DNA from: Vermamoeba vermiformis
Lineage: Eukaryota
Assembly: GCA_045837725.1 (NCBI GenBank)
Contig: JBEWZL010000101.1
Location: forward strand, 186,001 to 250,000
Reading direction: 5' to 3'
Length of the DNA: 64,000 bases
Part shown: in pieces, positions 12,613 through 25,782 of the stretch
Position numbering within the stretch: the stretch's first letter is position 1
Layout of the letters: each line of letters begins with the position of its first letter
Notes under the pieces: generated by a model
Told to the model about the DNA's origin: nothing
Seen by the model: the letters and a program-made list of their open reading frames with translations, nothing else
Database searches by the model: none
Program-made: the position numbers and the translations under genes

Positions 12613-13998
12613 ATGACCAACCTTAGCGCTGCAGCGTTCGATCACCTGCGCAGATCACTTGCTGCCGTAAGTCAAATGACGAATATTACAATTAATGGTC
12701 TAATTATTCGCATATTAGGAGGGTAATAAGATAATTCTAAATGAATTTGGTGAAGTACAAGTTACCACAGATGTGTTAGACATTATTCGCAGTTTGAACT
12801 CCAAACACCCCATTGTTAAGCTATTAGAGGAACATATCAAGTATATTTATGTAAGCTACGAATGCTATACTAAGTGCCTAGTGCTGAGTCGCATAAACAG
12901 ACACGGTGCCACATCTCCTCTCCGCTAGCAGTCCTGTTGCTCATCGCACTAGTAGAGCGCTCAACGACCCTCATCGAGCAGTATAAGATCACGCCCTATC
13001 AATTCGAGCAGTATTGGCAGCACCTGCTCGCCAACACACGCCAATACACGAGCAGATGTGCTGTGCAGCCAGACCCCGCACTGCTGCAGCGCTACAGCAC
13101 GCACTGTCTCAGCACGGCACTGTTGCTGTCACGTGACACGATTGGACACCTGTCAAACACTGCCCTCCAGCTCATTGGACAGCACTATCACGTGCTCGAA
13201 GTGACAGGCAGTTGCGTGTCAACCACCGTGCTGCATCACGTGACAGTGCTGAGTGACACGTGTCCAATCACGTGCTCAGACTTGCGTGTCATGTGCATGA
13301 GTGTCACACTCGAGCACGTGATTGCACCGCTGTTTGAGGCCCTGGTAGGCCTCGCGCCAGATCTGCTGTTGTGTCTGGCGATTGACACGGCTGTCAAAGC
13401 TCGACTCGCGCAGTATGGGGTAAGTGAGTGACACTGAGTGACACCTGTCTGACTCTAATAATAGATCACTGCTCTCGTGGTGACAGCGGAACAACTGACT
13501 TATCTCGCACTGAAGAGTGGCGGAACAATTCAAACAACAATCGATCACGTGATTAACCGCGATGAGAATCAGCTCGGGCACGTGACACGCATTGAAGTGG
13601 AGTCAGACGAGTGTTTGCAACAATATTTGATCTCATTCACTGAATTCCCCAACACACCACGCGATCAACTCGTTCATGAACCAATCACAGTGCTGATTCG
13701 TGCACCACATCTGTCACTCGCGCATCAGTGTCGCCGAGCTCTCTTCGATACCGTCGCACAACTGACACGTGTCAAACAGAGCACCGTATTGCTACTCACT
13801 GATGACACGTGTCAATCACTGGCACAGCTCGCCCCAGCAGACAACGAACTCTTGCGCGAGGTGTGGGCACGTGCGTGGCTAGAACTGCCAGTGTCACGTG
13901 ACGCGGTGCTGGACAGTCACGTGCTCAATCACGTGATTGAAGCCTCGCTGCACACCGCTCTCAAAATACTGCGCGTGGATCAAGTGCTGTCAATGTGA
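12613..13998 (+). CDS. Divergent TCP-1/chaperonin-like protein (possibly BBS6/10/12-type)
   Basis: GGNKIILNEFGEVQVTTDVLDIIRSLNSKHPIVKLL at the N-terminus, ITVLIRAP, and C-terminal TALKILRVDQV are group II chaperonin features; no GDGTT seen. Confidence 0.55.
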
Positions 13999-14083
13999 CA
14001 CGTGTCTTTATTTGGCAGTTAAGTACTAGAGACAGATTGAATGTCAAGCTGCAGTGTGACAGGTGTCAAAGTGAGCTCTGCGC

Positions 14084-15216
14084 TCATTTCTCGTGCACCC
14101 ACTTGTCGCGGTTGCTGTCGTAAGTGGCCGCTTCCTTTTCATTGAACCACAACGCAATCTCCTTCTGGGCCGAGTCAGCGCTGTCACTGCCGTGAATAAC
14201 TGCAAAGATTGGTCAGTCACTGGCAGCACTATATTAGGACACACGTACTGTTTCTGCCAATGTCAACAGCGAGATCACCGCGCACAGAGCCAGACTGAGC
14301 CTCGTCAGGGTTAGTTGCACCGACCAATCGTCTGCCACCAGCAATCACGCCGCGACCCTCCCAGATCATGGCCACCACGGGACCCGAGCTGAAGTAGTTC
14401 ACCAATGAGGGGAAGAAGGGACGCTTGGAGAGATCGCTGTAGTGTTGTTCAGCGAACTGCTTGGTCTGTCACGTGACAGGTGAGTGCGGAATAAATAAAT
14501 GCAATGTTTGACTTGAGTACGTACGGGGGTCAAGATCTTGATGGCCACCAACTTGTAGCCCTTGCGTTCAAAGCGAGCAATCACCTGTCACACGCAACGG
14601 TTATCTCTATTGTACTGCACTAGCATTCAGTACCACTCACCTCACCGACGAGATTGCGCTGTTCAGTGAACACGTTAGTACGCAGCTCAATACACTAGGA
14701 GTCAATCGGAGGACGTACCTGCACGCCATCAGGCTTGATAGCGATGAAAGTACGCTCGTACTTGGTGCCGGGCAAGCCAGTCAAAGGAACCTTATCACCA
14801 GCAGCAGCGGTGAACTTGTTGAGCAAAGGAGAGCTAGATTCAGATTGAGCAAGGGTGCTGCTGAACAAAACACCAGCGCCAATAACACCACCGGCAACGA
14901 GCAACTTGGTACCGTTGCGACGAGCAACTTGAGTGGTAAGGCGGCGAGAAGCAACTAAAAGACGATTTTTTCAGATTGGCCAAGAAAGGAAAACAAAAAT
15001 AAATCTTCAAATTATCTATTGTTGCAACCAAACAAGAATAATAATAGACGCTTGAGGATGTAAATTTTAATGTTAGTACTTACCCTTGAGGCTTCCGGCA
15101 GACTTGGAGCCTAAACAATAAGTCAGCCACAAAACTTGTAGAAGTGTGTAGTCTAAAAAGATATCCGAGTGCTACGTACCAATTTGAAGAGCACGACGGC
15201 AAGCGTTAGCAAACAT
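14084..15216 (-). CDS. Nucleoside diphosphate kinase with mitochondrial targeting extension
   Basis: [33 protein letters not shown] catalytic His; presequence [11 protein letters not shown] plus a hydrophobic segment. Confidence 0.93.
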
Positions 15217-15427
15217 GATGATGTGTAGTTGATGAAGTACGGTGAGTGAAAGACTGGCCAAAAATCAAAAATTTTTCACGCCACAAAGTGCCGCACACTG
15301 TGATTGGTCCAAATCACTCCATGGACTGTGCTGCGCGATGAGATGTGGGCGAATAGTGCCAGAGGAGCGTTACACTAAGAGTCATTACAATAACAAAGGG
15401 TTTACTGAGTGCGAGTACAAGGCAGCG

Positions 15428-16012
15428 TTATTCAGCCCCCAGAGGGTTGCGCAGGACCAATATGACAGAATCGCCGCGCAAAAACATCTTTGAAATGAAT
15501 CGCTCGCGCGTCACTGGCTTCACTTTGCCCTTGCTGCCCTTGGGTATCTCGGTCCAGATCTCACGCACATTCTCCAACACCATGTTGCAGTGACGATCAA
15601 AGGCCTTAATACGCGCCAACAGCTTCTTGTTGTTGCGCACATTGATGAGCACTTGTGTTTGATTTTTAACGCTTTGAGTGAGCAGTGCTAAGGGTCCATT
15701 CTCGAACTGATCTTGTTCTTCTTTCAGCTGATGTGAATGCATTATTAATACGCGTATTATTTATATTTATCATGGATATATTCGGCAATAGCGCTATTTA
15801 CTAATCGAAAAATAAAGAAAAAAATTAATAATAAATTATTATTTCAATTATTATCTGCAGGTCTATAACGCTGTTATAAATATGCTACATACCCTCTCTT
15901 CTTGAGTTTTTTCTGCTTCAGGTTTTTCTGGTCTACCGCGTCTATAATAAGGTTTAAAGCGATCAACACTTCTGCTCGGATTCGAAGAGTTAGCTTGAAC
16001 GTACCTGGACAT
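15428..16012 (-). CDS. SNRPD2: snRNP core protein SmD2
   Basis: [46 protein letters not shown]...[16 protein letters not shown]. Confidence 0.96.
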
Positions 16013-16218
16013 GTTGCTTTTACAAAAAAATAATGAGAAATTGAGCACAGTCGTGCAAAGAAGTGTGAATGTATTGCACGGCGTTCTTTCTCCTAGAAAC
16101 GGTGCGCCAATTAAGCCGCGCAATTGGTTAAGTCACGCCACTCAGTCACGCACTAGCTGACGCGCAGAGGCACACATAACACAAAGGCGATCAATATAGG
16201 TCAATGGAATAATAGTTA

Positions 16219-19200
16219 ATGGCTTCAGAAACTAATCAAGTGCGCGATGCTAGCGCGAGTCAAATCTCGGTAGATGCTGAGGATCAGTTCATGTACGGCA
16301 TCGCTCAAGAATTAAATAAAAAAGGAATATGGAACAGACAACTCCCACGACACGAATATATGATAGTAGAGGCAGCTCTAAAATCAGTGCAAGCGTGGAA
16401 AGAATTTTTCGAAATTACTCTTGACTTGGAGTCGAAAAATAAGAACAACAACTCCACCTCTGCTAAAGCTGCGAGCAAAAGTGCTAGTTCTAAGAAGAAA
16501 CGGCCCAAGAAAAGCAGCACTTCAAGCAGTAAGAAACGCACCAACAACAAGAAAGGTCAAAAGAAAGACGACGAGACAGAGCTCGACAACGAGAAGAGCA
16601 ACGACGCACCTGTGACTGACGAGCGGACAGACAAGACTGAGGATGATGATGCTGGCCGTTACGTGGAAATATTGAAATTTCGAGTGCGATCGATTGTGTT
16701 TGATTACATAGCTTCCAAGCATCTCTTTGACTCTCAGAGTACAGGTAATGACACACATATACGGAGTGCGCGAGCTGATTGTTGCGCCTAGCAGAGGACC
16801 ACAATCCCGCTGAAGACATCTTCGTGACGTACGACGAGCTGCTCGATGATGACGACCACGTAAGTCCAGTGCGTGCTCATGACGCGTGACTGACCACCCC
16901 TAGCTGCTGCAAGAGGAGGACGAGGACGATGAGGATGCAGAGCCCGTGCCTGCCTTTAAGATCGAGATTGCTGGCAACAAAGTGCCGCAAGAGAAGAAGA
17001 ACGTGAATGCGAACAGAGAGCTGCGCAGTCTGATGCCCGATGTGAAGCAGAGCACCACCAAGAAGTGGGTACGTCACTGGCTGTGCATCTGTTGATAGAC
17101 ACGCGCTGGTACTGACACGCGACAGGAACTCACCTCGTCTGAAGAGCTCAAAGATCTCTACGCGGGCATGGAGCGCGTGCTGCACGAGCTCAAGAACTAC
17201 AAGGTACTGCCTCGCAAACACTGTCGGTGTGCAGTAGCTGATCGGTCCTGTTGTTAGGAACACTCGTATCCGTTCTTGAAGAAAGTGTCCAAGTCCGAGG
17301 CCCCTGACTACCACGAGGTCATCAGCAATCCCATGGACCTCGCGACCATGACCAAGAACTTGCACAACTTGCAGTACGTACTCGCTGTGTGGTATGTTGT
17401 GTTCGCTCACCTCTTTGCAGCTATTGGAGCAAGGCTGAGTTTCAGAGTGACTTGGATCTCATGTACGCCAACTGTCGCAAATACAACACTGAGCCGGTAA
17501 GCAGCATCTGCACCATATGCAGCGCCATAACATTGCACTAGGAGGGCAAGATGTACTTGGAGCACGCTGATGCCATGGAAAAGCGCACCACAGAGCTTAT
17601 GAAGACCGTGAAGGACTACGATGTGAGTGCCGACAAAGAGCGCTTGTTGGAAGAGGTGAAGAAGCGCGAGGGACAGCGTGAAGAGCGCAAGAGTGACGAT
17701 GTGCCCAACAAACGCCGCACCGAAGTGAAGCAACGCATTCAATTCTACCACGAACACCCGTACGTCACGCACAAGAGGTCGCAGAAGAGTGCTCAAGTAC
17801 GTGCACTGTGCCTAGCGAGATCTCGTGTGCTGATTTGTTGTTGCAGGACCCAGTCACGGAGTTGCCGAGTGCAGCACAGCTCGCAGAAGTGCAGCACAAG
17901 GACTACATTGAGCTGCTGTTGAGCGGTGTTGATGCCCTCGAACTCACCGCGCCGTAAGTGCACTGTATGTGTGTATTCTGACGCGCTAACGTGTCCTCGT
18001 ATTAGCGCTGAAGAGGACGCAGATCTCTCCAAAATGTTACAACGCATCACCGCACAACATCAACAGCTATTCAACCGAGCAGATCCAGCCATCAGACCGG
18101 GCAAATTAGATCCGGTGGTGAATGAACAGGGCACGGAACTCGAACACGTCTCGGTGGCACTGAATGAAGAATTGAGCAAGCAGATCGTGAAGCAGTCCAT
18201 TGCAGTGATATTGAATCAAAACAACATTGGAGGTACGGCACTCGCCTCATATATACACAATTCTCTTGCTCGATACTGACACGCGCAGGCTGCGAGCACC
18301 AAGCACTCGATGTGTTGACTGACGTGCTCGAAGACTTCATGCTGCACATTGGACGAGTCGCGCGCTCGTATCTCGACTTGCCAGGCAGTGAAATGAGCAG
18401 TCTAGACGCGAGTGTGAAGGCAGTGAGTGATCTGGCTGGCGAGTGCACTGACGGCATCAGAGAGTGGCTGTTGGAGAAGAAGCGCGACGAATCTCGAGCA
18501 CTGCGCGAGGCACTGATTGAAGAGGGCAGTCGTCAGGCCCTGCACCGCGAGATGACACCGTTCATTGCCTTCACGCGCAAGTCCAAGCCCGCACCGCAAC
18601 TGTCCAATCACCACATTGGCTTCTATCAACATCAACAACAAGCACAACAGGCCTTGCAACAACAGCAACAACAAGCGCAGAATCAGCTGCAACAATTGCA
18701 ACAACAACAGGCACAGATGCAACAGACGCAAGGACTCACGCAACATCAACTGCTGCAGCTGCAGATGCAACAACGAACCCGCATGCAACAGCCACAAATG
18801 CACCCGCAAATGCAAGGTGCGCAAGTCAAGAAAGAAGGCATGCCACCGCAAGGAGCACCACAACGCTTCCCACCCACCGGACCTCCTGACATGACCAATC
18901 CCCATGCTCCACGCATCAACAGTTTCCCGCCTAATTTGCCGCACAATCCTGCAGGCACCCCTGGCGCTGACAATGCACTACGTCGCAGTGCTAAGCGACG
19001 CAAAGGTGAGGGAGGAGAGCCGATACCAGTGGGTCCTACCATCCCCAGTCCCGAGACAGATGCACGACGAGTGCGCCCTACACGCGGTCGTCGCTCCTAC
19101 CCCGAAGAGGACTACTTGGATGACTCGCAGCTGCGGCACTTGGATGAGATGGACAAGCCAGGACACGGTGCACCTGAGATGCCAGCGCATCACATCCCTG

Positions 19201-19508
19201 CCTCCTATCCTCCCCACGCAGCAGCCCCTGAGATGATGCAGCCGATGAATGCAATGACTTATCAGCCCCCGCCTGGTGCGCAAGTGCCTGTTGGACGAGG
19301 ACGAGGAGCACCGCCCATGAATAGACCAGTGCCCATCACCAATCCACCACCAATGCCGCCACAACCTGTAGCTATGCCGCCTCAACCTATGCCCGAAGAA
19401 GACCCTAATGCCAAGGTAAGTTTGTTAACCCTTGCTTGCATGCTTGTTCTAACTCTGCGAATCTAAAAGCGAGGCAAGAGGACACCGCGAGGACGAGGGA
19501 AGAAGTAA
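16219..19508 (+). CDS. SPT7: Spt7-like SAGA subunit (bromodomain, histone fold, Q/P-rich tail)
   Basis: [44 protein letters not shown] bromodomain resembles fungal Spt7; histone fold [13 protein letters not shown]. Confidence 0.8.
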
Positions 19509-19903
19509 ATTAACTTACAGATGTTTTATTTTTGATGTATGTAAAGTAAACTCGTTGCGAACTGTAGCCAGCTCGGCGGTCTTTGGGGATGGTACACGGC
19601 AAAGTGAACGAAACACCATTTCAGCTGCTTTCCCGAAACATACGGAATTACCGATTGTTAACAACAAGACTAACAAGGTGTTTTAGTTGAGTTGGGTTAG
19701 GAGGTGATCTAAAAATGTAACGCGTTGACCAATCGCGTACCGTCACCGGAAATTTCTTGCTTTTTGTTCAGCGAAGCGAGATTTTGCGAACAACAATCAA
19801 TTAGTTCCAGCGAAAACAGGTTAGTTACCACAAATTATTTATTGGTTCTTTTGAGCGTTTGTTTAATCAAGAGTAATTTAGAAACAACACAAACACATTT
19901 AAA

Positions 19904-20939
19904 ATGGCTATGCAAAGTGTTAAGTTGGTGGTTGTCGGCGATGGTGCCGTTGGTAAAACCTGCTTGCTCATTGCTTACACTAGCAACTCATTCCCCAAGG
20001 AATACGTCCCTACTGTAAGTATTGGGTTGGTTATAATTAATATTTACAAGCAAATACCCAATTTTTTGAATTCGAATTCAAATCTAATTCCATTTCTTTA
20101 CCGACTGCAGGTCTTTGATAACTATTCTGCCAACGTACGTGTTGCCGATAAGACAGTTTCTCTCTCACTTTGGGATACTGCCGGTGAGTTATTTTATATT
20201 CAAATTGTAACGATCAAATTTCAAATCTTTTTCTTTTGCTCGAATTTAACTAATAATACTTTGCAATTATAGGCCAAGAAGATTATGACCGTCTTCGACC
20301 TCTCTCTTACCCTCAAACTGATGTATTTTTAATTTGTTTCTCTGTCATCAGCCCTACATCTTTCTCCAACGTTAGAACTAAAGTAAGTTGTTTTCAATTT
20401 GACAAGGAGAATATATATTGATTTTATTCCTTAAATAGTGGTGGCCCGAGGTTACTCATCACTGGTAAGTTGCTCAATTAAATTGAATCAAAACAAAAGG
20501 AGTATCCGCGACGAATTGAAACAGTCTGCCGATAACCAATAGCGATACATGCTATTTATTACTGTTTAATACAACCGATTCCGTGAGGCACAGTAGTGCC
20601 GAAAATTGTATTCAGCTAAGCAGCATCTAGAAGCTAACACTTTGCTTTCATTACAGCCCCACTGCTAAGATCATCTTGGTCGGTACTAAACTCGACTTGC
20701 GTGAGGACCCCGAGAAGTTGGAGAGCTTGAAGGAGAAGGGTTTGTCTCCCATTTCCACCCAACAAGGTGAAGACTGTGCTCGTGAGATCAAGGCCGTCAA
20801 GTACATGGAATGCAGTGCCCTGACACAAAAGGGTTTGAAAGAAGTGTTCGACGAGGCTATCAAGGCCGTCATCATTCCCAAGCCTAAGGCTGCTACCACC
20901 GAGAAGGCCCGTCGAGGACGTGGTTGCTTGGTCATGTAA
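19904..20939 (+). CDS. Rac-type Rho GTPase
   Basis: [44 protein letters not shown]; polybasic tail and CAAX (CLVM). Confidence 0.96.
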
Positions 20940-21229
20940 TAATATTATCCCTTTCTTACTAGAGCTTGTATAATTGAGTGGCTTTAGTCGAATTAATATA
21001 TTTGTCATTATAACTCTTATTTATAAATACCTTGTTTTTTGTTTTGTAAACTAACCATCAGATCTGTTTTCTGAGGTGTACCTTTGTAATTAAACCACCG
21101 ATAATACCTCAAAATATAACGTGCAATGTCAAATTCTATTCGAGTGCTGTTGTGCTTGTGATTTGTAGGGTGGCAAGTTCTTGTTGGTTGTATTGGCCGA
21201 TATTTATTTATTATTTTAAATTGACAACA

Positions 21230-21870
21230 ATGCTACGTCGTGTCACAACTTTGTTAAGACCTGTTGCTACTAAGCGAACAACTAAAACTGCTAGCTTGTT
21301 CAGTGTCAGATCGAGCCGAACAAAAACGGCATCGAATCTCATTCAGACAAGAACCCTTCTCGGATTATTTAATAAGAAAAAACCTGTCGAGGTATACATT
21401 GTTAACTAGAATTTATGATGTTTTCTTGGACGGTTGTAATACTGAAATAATAATTATTTTATTATTTGAATTATTTGCCCTTCTTATTTGGCCTTACGTA
21501 ATTATACCGTAATAATATGGTATGCAGTATTTTAATATTTAATTAAAAAGCACGAGGAGCCTGGCCAAAAGACAGCCATGGAACTGATCGCCGAAGTACC
21601 TCCCATTGAAGTTGATGGTCGCGTTGCTGCTTGCGACGGAGGTGAGTATAGAAATATCATATATGCATTGAAGTGCTTAATATGCGGTGTACAGGTGGTG
21701 GACCATTGGGTCACCCGCGAGTGTTTATCAATTTAGATCCGACTACCCCCGAACAAGCAGTGCCCTGTGGCTACTGTGGCTTGCGATTCATTCAAAAAGG
21801 TTACTATCGCGGCTTAAAGGCGAAGAAGGACGAAGTATTCACACGCAAGACTGATCAAGAGGAGTTGTAG
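21230..21870 (+). CDS. NDUFS6: Complex I zinc-finger subunit NDUFS6
   Basis: Presequence; [37 protein letters not shown]...CGYCGLRF. Confidence 0.93.
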
Positions 21871-21999
21871 AATGTGTAACTAATTAGTGCTATGTAAAGA
21901 ACCGGTATGCTCAACCCTGCATTGTATTGCGCGATAGACATCGAGGAGTGAGAACATTAGAGGAGTATTTACAATCGATTGAACACTGTACACGGAGCA

Positions 22000-23759
22000 C
22001 TAGTCGTCAGTCATCACCGTCACATCGGGCTCGTCTTGTGTGAGCAGTGACTGCTGTTCTTGTTGCACCAATCGACGTTGTTCGCGCACGCATTGCAGTT
22101 CGTAGCTCTTCTCGGCCACTAGCTTTTGCAGTTCAAACATAATCAGCAGATCATTGCGCAGCTCATTGAACGGTGCAAACAGCGGCGAATATGCTGTAGG
22201 ACGTGCGTCTAGAGGGATATTATTAATGCGAATACTATGCATGGTGATTATAAGCTTACAGATTTGCATCTGCTCAAAGGCGGAGAAGATGCGCAATTGC
22301 ATTTGATAGTGTTTCTCTTTCATATTCGCAGGGGTCAGGGGTGCTGCTGCATTCTCTGCCTTAGTCTCCGTCTTGTGCTCAGTGCCTTCACTCGCTGACT
22401 CGACAGCCATCGATTCGGGCGCTGCTTCACTCGCTGGCTTGGTCTCAGTGGCTGCGCTGTCACGTGACTCCACTGGCTCGGGCTCAGGTCGCGTCAAGTA
22501 CTCGTCAAAGTTGAGATTGTTGAACCACAGCGCTGCACGTATAGCTTTCTTTTTCTTTTTCTGTGTCGAACTGGTCAGACATGCAGCTCACTCACTGACA
22601 CGTGTCAAATGCATACCTCGACGACCTCTTCTTCACTCGGAGTGAATTGTGCCACGCTCTTGCGCGCGTGTTTGAGCACTTTTTCAGCCTCTTTCTGGTG
22701 CTTGTTCATGCCCTGTTCGAGTCGTTCATATTCCGCCATCACCTCTGCCTCTTCATCTGCCTCGCGCTTGGTTCTGCGCCACATCTTTTCAATCTGTCTC
22801 TTGCGCTCCACTTCTTGTTCTGCGCAGTGTCAGTCGCAACTGTGGTGCCTCACTGTGGTACTTACCTCGATTGAACGGGAACTTCAGCAGCGGATGGTCC
22901 TCAGCGGTGTTCGCATCGAGTTGCAGCAGCTTTCGTTGTACGCTGTAGAACCGCTCTTTCAAGTCCTCTACGGTGCGCGGTGTGCGCTGCCACCGATCTT
23001 GAATGATGATGAATCGTGTGTCGTATTGGCGACACATGGCTAGCAAGTAGTCAGTCTCGTCTTTGCTCCAATCGGGGTCTTGAAAGTGTTGATCGTATTG
23101 CTCTTTGGTGTACTCGAGGATGACTGGCGACTTGTTGAACTTGGCAAACTTGTAGTCTGCAGCGCGGTCAGTACTAAGACGAATAATAACTGCACGGCTG
23201 TACTTACCGAGGTGCTCGTCGCGCGCTTTGATCCAGTGCCGAAATGTAGCGCCATCTTTGCGTGCACTGTTTCTAAAATTGCACCACACCCTGTAAATAC
23301 TGGATCAGATCCAAGATCTCGGATCTTCATCGCTCTGCTGGCACATACCATTTCTCTGCTTTCTTATTTCCGAGTTTTCTCTTTTGTTTGAATTCTATTG
23401 TTTTAGTAGCGACACGTACTGTGGGGGCTAGGGGAATGCTGAGTCCTTCTGTCAACTGACTAATCTCCCGCGATAACCCCGCTATAATTAAGCATATTAA
23501 TTATCATGCTGATTGGTATGTGTTGGGTCATATTAAAAGGATAAAGGAATTAACACAAATAATATTACAACTTTCGCGGCTTGCACATTGAAGCGGCGAC
23601 CGATTTCACTCCACGCATCCCCTACAGCATTAAAAAATACTTACTAGATTTTTTAGGTTTGTCTTTATCGGGTGTGTTGGCTGGATTCAGCTTCTTCGGT
23701 TTTTTGCCAGGTTTTGCAGCTGCTCCTTTGAGTCCTAATATCTCCTTTACATCAGCCAT
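22000..23759 (-). CDS. DMAP1: DMAP1/Swc4 SANT-domain subunit of NuA4/SWR1
   Basis: MADVKEILG; FRNSARKDG; DYKFAKFNK; WSKDETDYL...RFIIIQDRW...RTVEDLKERFY. Confidence 0.92.
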
Positions 23760-23939
23760 GGTGGTCTAGTCAGTGCGCTAACAAACAAGTGCTTCCAAGT
23801 CCGCGCAGTCGTGGTTAAGTCTCGCCGCAAAATTGCCTCCCCACAACCAGCCAAAAATCCCGTTGCAGTTACAAAAACTTTTTTTCGCGCCATTGCAGCA
23901 TTCGTCGACGAAGTATCGAGTGAGTGCAACAACTGCAAG

Positions 23940-25688
23940 ATGTCGGAAGGTAAGAAGAACAATAAGAAGGCTGCTTCAACTAGCTCCCCCACCAAGAAGT
24001 CTCAGTACCAAATGTACCAAGAGTTGGAGAAGAACGTCGATGTCGGTAAGACTTAACTCATCTTCTTGTGTTGTAATGAGACCCTCGCCCCAACAATTTA
24101 AATGCCCCTCTAGCGGCAACTTTCGTACTAGGGGTGGGGCCACGCAAAAATATTCTAGATATTTTCAGCGCTGAATATTTTTGCTTTAAAAATATTGATC
24201 GACCGAGACTCTAACTCCGTTTAAAATAGATGCTCCTCGTGCTCGTCGAGAGAATAGATCCGCCCCGAAGCCATTCGATGAGGGTCCCAAGGAAGAGTTT
24301 ACTGTCGGCGAGGTAAGTTAGATCAAGTTGCGAAGATCGACCGATGCAACATCTAACTTTGCAAACTAGGGTGCCGGTACCAAGCTCGGTGATATTCCTG
24401 AGAGTAAGTAGTCGTTATACAAAGACGTGAATAATTATTTGAATAAAATCTAATCGTGTACAGTCGCCAAGAACATTAAAACTTTCAAGAAGGCTGAGGT
24501 CGCTGTGCTCGGCAAGTTGCACCGCGTGATGTTCAACAGACCTGCCACGGTATGTACCGCCAGCTAGTGTGCGCCATTGACTCTAACTCCCTTGCAGCAA
24601 GCCGTTGTGAGACACCACATTTTGGCCTTCTCTGGCTTCAACGAGGAGGTGAACAAGGTACACTATCACGTGCTCGCATTTGACTCGGTGACTCACTCGC
24701 TGTTGACAGATGAACAAGACTCGCGCCAAGGAGAAGTTGGACACTCTCTTGACTGTTCCTGAGCTCAAGCAAGTCGCTGAGATGTTGGGCTTGTTGCGCG
24801 GTGGCAAGAAAGTAAGTACACGGACTAGGACTGCAAACAGTTACTAACAGGTGTTAATTAGACCGAGTTGATCGACGCCATCGCTGACTTCTTGAACAAG
24901 CCCAAGTCTTCCAAGGTAAGTGTATTATAGCGTTGTAGTGCCCTGAGCTAAGTCGTGTTGTTTCAGAAACGCAAGGAGCGTGAAGACGATGAAGAAGAAG
25001 AGCCCGCCAAGAAGAAGCAAAAGACCGAGTCTCCTAAGAAGTCTGACAAGAAGTCCGAGAAGAAGGACGACAAGAAGAAGTCTGACTCTAAGGACAAGAA
25101 GTCTGAGTCCAAGAAGAAGGACGAGAAGAAGAAGGACGACAAGAAGTCCGAGTCCAAGAAGGAGGAAAAGAAGGACACTAAGAAGGACAGCAAGAAGAAG
25201 GACGACAAGAAGTCTGAGTCGGCAAGAAGAAGGACGAAAAGAAGGAGGACAAGAAGTCTGAGTCCAAGAAGAAGGACAACAAGAAGAAGGACGAAGACAA
25301 GATGGAAGTCGACGAAGAAGCTGTCGAGAAGAAGAAGGACGACAAGAAGGAGACCAAGAAGAAGGAGGACAAGAAGCCCGAGTCTCCCAAGAAGGACAAC
25401 AAGAAGAAGGACGACAAGAAAGAGACCAAGAAGTCCGAGTCCAAGAAGGAGGGCAAGAAGGACGAGAAGAAGTCTGACGCCAAGAAGAACAACAACAAGA
25501 AAGAGGCCGCCAAGAAGGAGTCTGAAGCCGAAGAGAGCGAGGAGAAGAAGGAAGAGGCTGAAGACAAGGACAAGGAAGAGGGCTCTGAAGAGAACAAGGA
25601 CGACAAAGAAGAGGCTTCTGGCGAGGCTGAACACAGCGAGAAGGATGACAAGGACGCCAGCGAGGAGCAAAGCGGTGAGACTAAGTAA
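23940..25688 (+). CDS. DEK-like chromatin protein with K/D/E-rich tail; apparent +2 frameshift at about 25221
   Basis: GAGTKLGDIP, LGKLHRVMF, HILAFSGF, SAP-like LTVPELKQVAEMLGL..GGKK..LIDAIADFL. Confidence 0.75.
25040..25510 (+). repeat. Low-complexity coding repeats (aagaagtc[ct]gagtccaagaag / KKSESKKKDD)
   Basis: Imperfect repeats seen directly. Confidence 0.85.
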
Positions 25689-25782
25689 ACAGCTTGCACA
25701 CGGCTGAGCTTTGCATTGCGCGTTCATTTCATTTATTTGTTTTTATTTGTTTGCCATAATAAAGTAGTATTAGTTACAACTG

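Noticed and set aside
20465-20655. Longer Rac intron as an ncRNA host
   Set aside because: No boxes or stable structure evident, and the length excess is modest
24963-25727. Leu/Phe-rich minus-strand ORF that looks like a membrane protein
   Set aside because: Reverse complement of the AAG/GAC-rich DEK tail
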